Shown here one piece after another: positions 1 through 10,296 of a DNA stretch of 64,000 nucleotides. Position 1 is the first letter of the stretch. Each line of letters starts with the position of its first letter. Below the pieces are notes generated by a model, which did no database searches, was not told the origin of the DNA, and saw nothing but the letters and a program-made list of their open reading frames with translations. The DNA is taken from positions 23,808,001 through 23,872,000 of the forward strand of contig NC_086129.1 in assembly GCF_963921235.1 (NCBI RefSeq). Direction: 5' to 3'. The DNA comes from Mobula hypostoma. Lineage: Eukaryota. The position numbers were made by a program, and so were the translations under genes.

Positions 1-48
1 GGATTTTCAGAAGGCCTTGACAAGGTGCCACATATCAGGCTGCTTCGC

Positions 49-763
49 TGCCTTACCTTCTTTATAACTACATCAATATGTTGGGACCAGGTTAGATCCT
101 CAGAGATCTTGACACACATTAACTTGAAACTGCTCACTCTTTCCACTTCTGATCCCTCTATGAGGATTGGTCCATGTTACCTTGCCTTACTCTTCCTGAA
201 GTCTACAATCAGCTCTTGGTTCTTACTGACATTGAATGTAAGGTTGTTGCTGCTGGTATAGCCCTCTGCAAGTTGTACCTGGTTTTCTTGCACAGACTTG
301 GGTTACCAGACTCAAATGCCACAGACCTAGCCCTCAGCAGAAGGTTAACCTTGTAGTTCATCCACAGCTTTTGATTTGGGAAAGTACAACAAGTTTTCAT
401 GGGCACACACTCAACCACACCGGTTTTAGTGATGTTGCTAAGAACTATGGCATACTTATCCAGATTGGAAGATGAATGCCAGTCCACTGATTCAAAGCAG
501 TGTTATAAGTGCTCCTGTGCTTCCCTTGTCCCTACCTTCTTGGTCCTCACTACTGGTGCTGCAGTCTTCAGTCTTTGCCTATACTCAGGGAATAGAAGCA
601 CAGCCAGGTGATCAGACTTATCAGTCTTTCTGAAGTGTGGGCGTGGGATAGCGCGATAAACACTATTGATAGTGGTGTAACAGTGGTCCAGTGTGTTGGT
701 TCCTCTGCTACTACAAGTGATTTATTGATGATAATTATTTAGTGACTTTATCAAGGTGGAAAG
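49..763 (-). mobile_element. Rex1/Babar LINE remnant with internal deletions (copy 0/1 junction)
   Basis: Matches ~26920-27126, 28127-28143 and 28903-29391. Confidence 0.75.
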
Positions 764-1535
764 TTACAGGAAAGATACTAGCATGGACGGATGATTGAGT
801 GACTGGCAGGAGGCGAAGAACGGGAGTAAAGGGGGCCTTTTCTGGTTAGCTGCCAGTGACTAGTGGTGTTCTGTAACGTTCGGTTTTGGGACCTCTGCTT
901 TTCACGTAATATGGCATCGTTTTGTATGATGGAATTGATGGGTTTATCACTAAGTTTGTGGACAATACGAAGATAGGTGGAGGTGCAGATATTATTGAGG
1001 AAGCAGGGAGTCTGCAGAAGGACCTGGGCAGATTGGGAGAATGGGCAAAGTGGCACATGGAATATAGCGCAGGGAGATATATGGTCATGCAGTTTGGCGG
1101 AAGAAGTAAAGGCATAGACTATTGTCTAAACGAGGAAGAAATTCAAAACTGACAGGTGCAAAGAGACTTTGCAGTCCTTGTGTAGAATTCCTTGAAGGTT
1201 AACTTGCAGGATGAGTCATTGGTAAGGAAGGCAAATGTAATGTTAACATTCATTTCAAGAGGACTAGAATGTAAGAGCAAGGATATGATGCTGATGCTTT
1301 ATAAGGCATTGGTCAAACCACACTTGGAGTATTTGAGCCCCCATCTAATCAAAGATGTGCTGGCCTTGAAGAGGTCCAGAGGAAGTTCACGAGAATTATT
1401 TTGTAATAGAGGGACGCCCATTTAGAACAGAAATGAGGTGGAATTTCTTTAGCCAGAGGATGGTGAATCTGTGGAATTCATTGCCATGGAAGGCTGTGGA
1501 AGTCATTGAGCATATTTAAAGCAGAGATTGATAGG

Positions 1536-1910
1536 TTCAAAGTTCAAAGTAAATTTATTATCAAAGTAGATATATGTCACCATATACAATCCTGAGATTC
1601 ATTTTCCTGTGGGCATATTCAGTAAATCCATAATAGAATAATAACTATAATAGAATCAATGAAAGATTGCACCAGCCTGGGTGTTCAACCAGCATGAAAA
1701 AGACAACAAGCTGTGCAGATACAAAAAGAAAGAAATAATAATAACTAAATAAATAAACAATAAATATTGAGAACATGAGATGAAGAGTCCTTGAAGTTGA
1801 GTCCATAGGCTATGGGAACATTTCAATAATGGGGCAAATGAAGTTGAGTGAAGTTATCCCCTTTGGTTCAAGAGCCTGATGGTTAAGGGGTAATGACTGT
1901 TCCTGAACAT
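1536..1910 (-). mobile_element. LINE 3' UTR fragment, Rex1/Babar-like (also ~30164-30538 and ~52091-52465)
   Basis: TTCAAAGTTCAAAGTAAATTTATTATC tail, similar to the reverse complement of the Rex1 tail at ~59250-59283. Confidence 0.5.
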
Positions 1911-2309
1911 TTCTTGTTGCAGGAAACATACAATTTCCCTGATTGAGGAAACATATAATTAGGCAAGAGGAAAGTTTAGGTAGGGCGTGATTGGCAAAGG
2001 CCCTTTCTGAGATGATGTTAAGGTGCTTTGGATGGTGAAATTCTTACCTCTCGTCTTGAGCTGATGAGCCAGTCAAGGTGCTGCATTGTCAGGTTGGTGC
2101 TGTAAAAGCTTAGAATGGTGATTCTAGATACTATATAATCCAAGATGGCACCAAGCTGTGAACTCTGTTGAGTTGTGGCTCAGATTTGTTTTTTAAAGTT
2201 TGTAAGGATGGTGTTGGGGACAGAGAGTGGATTTACGGATCAGCTTAGGGTTTTTATTTTAATGTTACAGCACAGTACAGGCCCCTCGGCTCACAATGTT
2301 GCTCCAAAG

Positions 2310-2990
2310 GGCTTGTACTGTTTAGGGACAGGAATGAGGAATTAGAGATCAGGCCAGTCTAAGTCTCTGCTTCGCGTTCAAAGGCGAGTAATGTAGAGGT
2401 GATCGAATGTCAGATGCCGGGTTAGCAGAGAGTGGACAAGGGTCATACCCCTTCCCCCACCCCTTGTCAGCAGGTTCTGGAGTCGGATTTCCGTGCGGGC
2501 ATGAGGAACAAGTTCCAATGACCAACAGTGTACGCAAGTTGAAGTGGCCGTAGTTCAAGGTCTAGTGTTCAGAGTCCCGTCATCAGTGAGTCCGGAGTTC
2601 AAGGCCCTGTGGTTGATGATTGGTGTGTCCTGGAATCGATGCCAAAGATCGAGGCCCAAGGGTGAACTGGAAGTCCAGAAGTCATGGCCCATTGGCCTGA
2701 GCTGAGTTTACAAATCTCTACGAGTCCACTGGAGGCTGGAGACCTTTTCTGTGGTTAAAGGACTGTGTATGTGCATGGGTGGGAGGGAGACCTGGCTTGT
2801 TTTGCTTGCTGTGTTCTGTGTTGTTCTGCCAGGCATTGTCGGCATGCTATGTTGGTGCTGGAATGTGTGGTGTCATTCGCGGGCTGTCCCAGCACACCCT
2901 CGGACGTGTTGGTTGTTATCGCAAACAACGTATGTATGTATGCTTCGATGTACACATGATAAATAAATTTTAATCTTCAATCTTGAATCT
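2310..2990 (+). repeat. Unclassified interspersed repeat (also ~30937-31617 and ~52864-53544)
   Basis: GC-richer segment ending AATAAA followed by an (AATCTTG)-like tandem tail; boundaries approximate. Confidence 0.4.
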
Positions 2991-4389
2991 TGGTGGTGTG
3001 ATGATTCTGTTATGTTTTCCTTGTAACAACCACAGTTGTATACTTCTGTTGCAGATAGGACTACTTTAAAACATGCCTGGGATATCTTGGTGTGCAAAGG
3101 ATGTTGCCAGGTTAGGAAGTCAGAGAACCAGTCAATGCAAATTACTTTGGTGGCAACAGAGTCTACTAGTCTACCGTGAGATCTGCCGTAGCCTACTGGG
3201 ATTGCCAGTTCAGCTGCCTTAACTCTGCCTCTGCGTCCGAAATATCGCAGCTTGCTTTTGCACTCTGGCTTCCCCACTCTGCTTAGCAGGACTTCACAAG
3301 CAGATGAATTCCCCTCTCCTTGGGAAGAGAGCATCCATGATGTGACGTGTGCTTTGATGTGTGACAAAGCATGACATGTGGTCTGAAGTGATCGCGAAGC
3401 TACACCTACTGTTCTCTGCAAGTTGACCTGTCCAGACAGGGGAAGGTGGCATGAGCTTTAGCTGCAATAAGTGAAAGTTCTGGATGGATTTCTTATCAAG
3501 AGGAGACACAAGCGACAGTAGGTACTGGAATCTGAAACTTAGCATATCAAGCAGTGGAGGAAAATGGTTTTGGGTGGAACCAACTCTCGGAGAAATATTA
3601 TGGAAAGCTTCTATCAAAGATCTTGCACCTTTCGTTAGTTTCCTCTGACCTTCTTCTCAGCTACTGACTTTTGTTTAAGTCTTTCAGCCCACTGACTAAA
3701 GTTTGCTCATCTATTCAATTCCCAACAAACATACAAAGGATTGATTATTTTCTGAACTAGCTGTGGTTCAGGATGTACAGTACCTGTGGATAAGACAATT
3801 GCCCACGAGACATCAACAATTGTTAACTGTCGTACACTCAAGTAATTCAGCTTTATAAGCCATCCACCATTTGGGCATCAAAGGTGGATTGGCATCACCA
3901 GTGCGAATTCACCGCATTCAGTGTGTAGCTTTGTCATGTATACTGAGGGTTGACAAAGGTGTCTTTGGATGTGACATCGTGTTTGTGAAAGAGAAAATAA
4001 TAATCCTGTATGATTTTAATACAGGTCTCCATATTTCTCTTTGATCTTCCCTGAAAAAGGTTGATCATTAAGCTAAAAATTATACATTGGCCAGGATACA
4101 TACAGAAACATCAGCAGCACCTGTATACACTCTTTCAAGTTACATATTGCCATTTCTTCATTGCCTCTAGTGTTAGGGCGTACTCTGGAGTTGGGGTATA
4201 TAGCAAATATTAATTTCACCAGCAAGCAATTTTCAGACATGAACATGGATTGTAAATTGAATTTAAAATGCAGCCCTGACCAATAGTTTTCCTGGAGCTG
4301 CAGACTGGAGTTGATTGCAAACCAGACAATGCTGACTAACATTCATTTTGGGTGTCTGGAGTCTGCGTGCAAAGAAGGAGGTGTTTGAA

Positions 4390-4595
4390 AACCATATGTA
4401 ATTCTAATGAAGTATTGTAGATACATGATAACTATAGAATTGTCCTGCTGTTATCTTTGATCTTTAACATATAAAAATGTCATGGAATATTGGGTCGGGA
4501 GGTCTCTTTCTCCAAGCGTGTCTCAATATGATGCGTGCTGCTTGTTTTTGTGAATAAAAGACTTCTGTATCCACTACTTTCAGTGTCTCTCTGAA
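4390..4595 (+). repeat. Possible solo-LTR remnant (also ~33017-33222)
   Basis: TATAAAA at 4470-4476 followed by AATAAA at 4553-4558, an LTR-like spacing; ends and TSD not established. Confidence 0.25.
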
Positions 4596-5804
4596 ATGGT
4601 AGAAGGTAAAATGGTGGATATGCCGGTGAAGATCAACTCCCCCAAAAAATAAATTACTGAAAAAAATCTAGTCTGAATGGCTGCCAAACATCTTTTCTCT
4701 GTCAGCCAAAATCGATTTCCGTTTATTTATAAGTACAGTCTCATTTGACATGGTGGGATATCTAGCCCATTGATCAGCCAATATATCCTTGCCAATATAT
4801 GCTGCAATCCCTGTGGGTTTGTCGCTATTTACACCTAGAGGTATGAATGTCGTAATTAAGCAGTCATATTTTAACACAACTCTAAAGCAAGATTAAAGGG
4901 CTTGCTATGCACAGTGAATGAGAAGTTGGCATTTTTTTTACTGAAAATTGAACTTGCAGTACGCTGAAGTGGTATATATTCAGGGATTATTAACGTGCTG
5001 AAAGCATACTTCATTGATGTATGTAGGAGAATCATTAATTGCAATATATAATCATAGAATTGTTGTCCGATAGAGCAAAGAAAGTAGATATCAAGCCTGT
5101 GCTTGCTCTTTGAAAGAGTTGGCCAATATTTCAACTTGATCCATTTCCTTGCTGTTTCTTCGTTGTGCTGTAATTGCTTCCTCCCCACGTCTATCCAAAT
5201 CCCGAATGATAGTTGGCATTAAGTGTATCTGCCACATGCATTCCAGATAACAATGAAAATAAATTCTTTCCACGTTGCCTCTAACTCATTTGACAAATAC
5301 CTTAAGTGAGCATGCAGTCAGTTTATTTACCAAGTCTTGATTTAATAGCTGTTTTGCAATGAGAACTTCAGGTGAGATGCTTTTCTTTAAACATTTGCAA
5401 GCCATCATACTTGCATAGAGTGCAAATATTTGCCTTGTATTTAAAAGATGCATTTTAAAATTAATTTTTGCTGAGTTTCACAGACAATGATTGAAAATAA
5501 AAAAAACACTGCAGAAGCTGAAAATGTGAATTAATAACAGAAAATGCAGGAATCAGTCAGCGGGTCAGGCAGCATCAGTGGAATGGGAAATGGAGTCAAT
5601 AGTTCATGTCAAAAACCCTTCACCGGGACTGGAAATGTGAGAAAACATAGTTTGAAGTTGCAGCGAGGATTGGGAGGAATAGGTAGCACAAAGGGAATAT
5701 CTGTGGCACCAAATACACTCATCTTGGGCTTCCAGCCACGTACAAGAAGCTCACGAAGAGTTTATTTGTCGTATACGCCAGGAAGGCATTAGATCTTATT
5801 TCAT

Positions 5805-6290
5805 CTGTGGCACCATTTTGTCAGTTGCTTCATATTCACCACATCTGCTCCCAGGATGAGGCTTTCCTTTCCAGGACAAATCAGAGATGTCCTCCTTCTT
5901 CAAAGAGCAGGGTTTCCCTTCCTCCACTATTGATGCTGCCCTCACCCACATGAGGGAACACTTCACCTGCAAATCGGTTTGGATCGTCTACTGCAGGGGT
6001 TCCAAACCTGGGGTCCATGAACCCCTTGCTTAATGGTAGGGGTCCTTGGCATTAAAGAAGTCTACTGTATCCGTGCTTCTGAAATGGTATCCTCTATATT
6101 GGTGAGGCCCAACATAGATTGGGGGCACCGCTTTCTTGAGCACCTTCATTCCACCTGCAACAAGCAGGGTTTCCCCGTGGCCAACCGTTCTGACATGTCT
6201 GTCCGCGGGATCCTGTACTGTCATGATGAGGCCCGTTATCAGGTTTGAGGAGCAACACTTCATATTTTGTCTGGGTAGTCCGCAACCTAC
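5805..6290 (+). mobile_element. Penelope-like element fragment, decayed RT C-terminus and GIY-YIG endonuclease (also ~34432-34917)
   Basis: Frameshifted HFTC..VYCIR..LYIGE..RFLEHL..PVA..DMSVRGILYC..RFEEQHFIFCLG..QP motifs. Confidence 0.65.
5994..6059. mobile_element. Small hAT-like MITE remnant inside the Penelope fragment
   Basis: Begins CAGGGGTTCC; 8-bp direct repeat GTCTACTG at 5986-5993/6060-6067; right terminal repeat not visible. Confidence 0.45.
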
Positions 6291-6677
6291 TCACTGTGCT
6301 CACTCTACTCACTCTACACCTATGACTGTGAGGCTCAGTACGACTCCAAACCATATACAGGTTTGCTGATGATACCACTGTTGTGGGCTGTATCTAAGGG
6401 GGTGATGAATCAACACACAGGATTGAAAATTTGTCTGAGTGGTGTAATAACAACAACCTCTCAGTCAATGTCGATAAGACCAAGGAACTGATTGTACACT
6501 TCAGGAAAGGGAAACCAGAGGCCCATGAGCCAGTAGTCATCTGAGGATCAGAGGAGGAGAGGGTCAGTAACTCTAAGTTCCTGGGTGTCACAATCTCGGC
6601 GGACCTGTCCTAGACTTATCATGTAAATGTTATTGTAAAGCAATCAGGACAGCACCCCTACTTCCTCAGGAGTTTGT
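6290..6677 (+). mobile_element. Rex1/Babar LINE RT fragment (also ~34917-35304; longer at ~58358-59283 with 3' tail)
   Basis: Decayed RFADDTTVVGCI, WCNNNNLSVNVDKTKELIV.FRK and KFLGV motifs. Confidence 0.7.
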
Positions 6678-6997
6678 TTTACGATGAATGATACTATCCA
6701 ATCATATGTCGTTTGCCCGAAAAGGTAAATTAACCATGTTGTAACAATCATGATCTTCCCTCCCTCCTGGTCTTTGGTGAACTGACAGCCTGTTTACTTG
6801 CACACACCTTAAGCAGGTCTTGAGTTCATTGTGATGTTTGCTGACATCATGAAGTGTAACAATGGCATAGCATCATCAGATGTAACCTCTACAGGACTCC
6901 TTTGGGTACTGTATCAATAGCAGCCTAAATGTACGTAATAACCTGGTGGTTGTTATACCTATCAATAGTTTGGTACCTCATCTGCGGATCGGAAGAC

Positions 6998-7510
6998 ATG
7001 AGCAGCACAACCACCTTCCGAGGCCTGGACTCCAAGGCTCGCCGCAGTTGCAGGGTGTTGCAGCCTCCAGGTGGTAAATCCAGTATCTCATTGGGGGTGG
7101 AGGAAAATGTCAAACCAGTGCATTCCCGTCCAAGCAAAACTGCATCCAATACCTTCGGGCCACCATTGCAAAATCAACCTGTGACTAGAAGAAGGAACCC
7201 GCCAGATGGAAAAAGTAGTGGTATCTTTCAGGCAGCTACCACTGAAACACCTGATCTAAAGCAACAGAGAAATCCTCCTGCTGGCAAGACAAGTGGCATC
7301 TGTGACGTTGTGGAAATACCTCCCAAAACTCCGGATATCGCAACTGGGGAAGGTGAAAATAGCCCAGGTTCCTCCGAAACTGAAAACCAAATGGAAGCCC
7401 AGGGAAAGAAAGGAGAATGTGTGCCTGGGCCAGTACAGTCTGCTCAAACTGAACCAGTAAGGCGCAAGAGAGTCCCACCTGGTGGATGGTCTACCATTGT
7501 GCTGGGGTAA
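6998..7510 (+). CDS. JPT1: Intronless Jupiter microtubule-associated homolog (JPT1/HN1-like; four PPGG-type repeats as in JPT2/HN1L), probable retrogene, copy 1, 170 aa
   Basis: MSSTTTFRG..RVLQPPGGKSSISLG, ASNTFG, NPPDGKSSGIF, NPPAGKTSGI and PPGGWSTIVLG* match the HN1/Jupiter family. Uninterrupted ORF with AATAAA at 7547-7552. An in-frame upstream ATG at 6929 could add 23 aa. JPT1 versus JPT2 assignment is uncertain. Confidence 0.85.
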   Translation: MSSTTTFRGLDSKARRSCRVLQPPGGKSSISLGVEENVKPVHSRPSKTASNTFGPPLQNQPVTRRRNPPDGKSSGIFQAATTETPDLKQQRNPPAGKTSGICDVVEIPPKTPDIATGEGENSPGSSETENQMEAQGKKGECVPGPVQSAQTEPVRRKRVPPGGWSTIVLG

Positions 7511-7546
7511 ATCCACTGTTCACCTCAGTGTATCAGCTGCAGACTG

Positions 7547-7552
7547 AATAAA
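7547..7552 (+). terminator. Polyadenylation signal of the JPT gene (also 36174-36179 and 61802-61807)
   Basis: AATAAA 36 nt after the stop codon followed by T/GT-rich sequence, in all three copies. Confidence 0.6.
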
Positions 7553-8467
7553 CATTGATTTTATTGTGACCTTAAAATTTGAGCGTCACCATTTTGTATT
7601 GGCATTTTATATTTGAATGGTCCATAGGTGCTCAAAACATGAGGCCTGCTGGAAAAGGCACGCGTCATTTATTCCCTGTGATGTGAAGTACTGAGTGTTT
7701 GTTTTTCTTGTGACTTCAGACTTAATTCTGGCATTTTTGACTTGGTATTTGGATGTGATTTGTGATTGGAAAAAAAAATTGGCATGCTCTGGGCTTTGAT
7801 GATGCTGGACTTGTTGATTTTCTGTATTATTGGATGTTGGAATTCCCCAACATACTTTTAATACTCTTTTTTAAAATCTTACCCAGTATTATAAAAACTT
7901 TTCCAATGAATTTGTTAAACTTAAAGTTGCAAAATAAAGTTTAAAGAGAGTTGAAGGGAGTGTGGAAACCAAGGATTTGTCAAGTTGGAAGGAGCATGAC
8001 AAACAACTCTTGTGATGCCAAATCATTGAGGTTTCCACATAATTGGATGATGGATTACCGGAACTTTACTCTAATTTCAGTATCATGGCAAACTCATGTG
8101 TATCCCCAGCCCATTAAATACCGAATACAGAACTCTGAGCAACGCTCCCTTTGCAAAGTTTAAATCTTTAATGGTTCGGTCAAGGGATGAAAGTTCCTCA
8201 TGCTCATGCTAGGAACATGGGACTGTGAATGGAGCTCAGTTGCAAACTGAGTGACCTCAAAGTCAGGAGAAATTGTCTCTCTTCCTGTTTACCACACCAG
8301 ATTAATTTCTGTTTGAGCAGAGTAAAGAATGGCCTCTTGGAGAATTAGAATTAGATATTGCCACCATTTTGATGTGCTCCTTTTTGGTCCATTCTGATTT
8401 AGTCCTTCTTCACTTAAACCTAGGACCCGATAGCCAGCTGCTTCTGACAGGAAATATCCTTTCTTGT

Positions 8468-8745
8468 CTTGTAGCACTGTGGTTTGCGCGAAGCTTCTAT
8501 AGCTTAGGGTGTCAGAGTTTGGAGTTTAATTCTGACACCATTTGTAATGAGTTTGTACGTTCTCCCCGTGACCGCGTAGGTTTTGTCTGGGTGCTCTGGT
8601 TTACTCCCACAGTCCAAAGACCTACTGGTGAGTAGGTTAATTTGTCATTATAAATTGTCCTGTAATTAGGCTACTGTTAAATAGTTGGGTTGCTGGGTTG
8701 GGCTGCAAGGGCCTGTTCTGCGTTGTGTCTCTAAGACAAATAAAC
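8468..8745 (+). mobile_element. V-SINE (HE1-like) (also ~37101-37378 and ~62732-63009)
   Basis: V-domain-like GAGTTTGTACGTTCTCCCCGTGACCGCG..CTCCCACAGTCCAAAGAC and CR1-type tail AAGGGCCTGTTCTG. Confidence 0.65.
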
Positions 8746-8769
8746 TATAGAAATTTCCATAATTTTCCT

Positions 8770-8905
8770 GAGACGCAGGGGTCTGCAGGTGCTGGAAACT
8801 GGAGCAACACACACAAAAGCCAAAGGAACTCAGCAGGTCAGGGAGCACCAATGGAGGGAAGTGGACAGTCAATGTTTTGGGTTGAGAGCCTTTATCTGGA
8901 CTGAT
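8770..8905 (-). repeat. Degenerate Penelope-associated short repeat (also ~37403-37538 and ~63034-63169)
   Basis: GGAACTCAGCAGGTCAGG motif; stem I CAGTC/GACTG retained, catalytic core decayed. Confidence 0.55.
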
Positions 8906-9356
8906 AGTTTTCTCCTATTATGATAGAGCAAGGAGAATCTTATACTACCCTTTGCACACAGAATCATTTCTTAACATCTCTCACGATAATGTGTCCAATT
9001 GTTACACTGTATCCATCCCAGACTTACAAATGTTAGCTATCGTTTCTCCCTATCTACTATGCCTGTTTTCCTAAGTATGTCAAATTAAGTGCCTGATCTT
9101 CTGGAAGTCCTGTTCACGTAATTGATCTGTATAACTCAACTGTTGATCTGAGTACAAAGACATCTCACTCTGTGGAGGAGAAGTGAGCCAGAGGAGATTT
9201 AGATGTGCCTTACTATTTCCGAGCTATAGTGACATGATTATACAAATAATTTATTCAGTGTATAAGTCAAAGAACCTGAAAATTGGAAATAATTTTCATT
9301 ACAATTGTTTGTGAAGATTGGAAGCCTATGTTTTGCAATTTCCCTACCCTTAGATG

Positions 9357-9921
9357 GGTGTGTATGGGGTGTCAGGGAGGGGGAGCACCTCTGGTGGGGG
9401 AACATGTCGTGTCCTTTTCCAGGTGGTTAGCCCAGCTTTGGTCCCCACCTGGCACTCAGCTCACACCTGTGGCTCCCCGTATCTGTTTGCATACGACAGC
9501 GGCCACACTCCGGGCAACGGCTTCAACAAGCCGGCTAAACCAGGTGAGGGTAGCTGACGGGTCTCAAACCCTCGGTGAGATAGGGAGTTGTCTATCCCAC
9601 AATGTGAAGACAGACTCCGGCGGATTGAGCGGACGAGACCAATGGAAGGTCCAATGGTCGAGAAGGCCGTCTCTGCAAGCGTTGTGGAACGCGTAGAGCA
9701 CGACAAGACACAGAAGACGTCCTGGTCATCCACCGCGCCTAGTCCCATCTCCAGCTGTCTCGACTCTGTCTTGACACTGGATCCAGATGGGAAGTGGGAA
9801 GAGAGAGTGAGGCTGACGCTGCGCAACTCTCCCTCACTTAAATCCAAATCATGCACTAGTCTTGGCACCATCAATGGTGTCGAGGTCATCATCGACGACG
9901 ACGATGGACGAACATGGATGG
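9357..9921 (+). mobile_element. Non-autonomous retroelement (probably RTE-related) with 5' HDV-like ribozyme
   Basis: GC-rich island flanked by an 11-bp direct repeat ACCCTTAGATG 9346-9356/ACCCTTAAATG 9922-9932; 3' GAC/GAT/GATG simple-repeat tail; no RT ORF. The RTE link is inference. Confidence 0.65.
9366..9546 (+). ncRNA. HDV-like self-cleaving ribozyme (predicted), copy 1
   Basis: P1 GGGGUGU 9366-9372/ACACUCC 9505-9511; P2 CACCUG 9464-9469/CAGGUG 9541-9546; P3 GGC 9471-9473/GCC 9502-9504; L3 begins UCCCCGU; GGGCAAC 9512-9518; P4 GGCUU/AAGCC; J4/2 GG-C(9535)-UAA. Confidence 0.72.
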
Positions 9922-10296
9922 ACCCTTAAATGAATTTTAAATACCTGCCTGAAGAAACTTGTTAGAATTAGGGGCAGTGAACTTGGACTTCTTGTCCCAT
10001 CACTGCTGAACATCACCGGCTGCTTTGATTATCTCGGCCCTCCCACCCTTTAGAATTAACTCAGTCCAAATCAGAGCTAACTGCAGCCCAAAGAGGGTGC
10101 ATTGCTCCACTCACTCTTGATTGTAATTAGGAAATTTTGTGATAAATGAACAAGTAATAAGCTTCCTTCCAAACAGGTGCTAAGCCTTAGCCAAGTTTAT
10201 GCAGGATATTTCAGAGTTCAAAGAATGCAGCCAATGCCTGGTAGATAACATATAATATTTTTTAAATGAAATTCTTTAATTGTTTAAAGAATTAAA

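Noticed and set aside
2873-3421. 182-aa minus-strand ORF repeated three times
   Set aside because: Non-ATG start, overlaps a repeat tail, no recognisable domain; recurrence simply reflects near-identical duplication.
6033-6290. Functional GIY-YIG nuclease gene
   Set aside because: Motifs are split across frames and interrupted by a MITE and Rex1; this is a decayed Penelope-like remnant.
7769-7779. A-run as the retrocopy poly(A) tail
   Set aside because: Only about 10 A, more than 200 nt past the AATAAA, and no matching TSD found.
8468-8540. tRNA gene
   Set aside because: Only a degenerate tRNA-derived SINE head; no cloverleaf could be built.
9283-9929. Overlapping 137, 143 and 113-aa ORFs
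   Set aside because: They lie in a GC-rich non-coding retroelement, and the 137-aa frame is truncated by a stop in copy 3.
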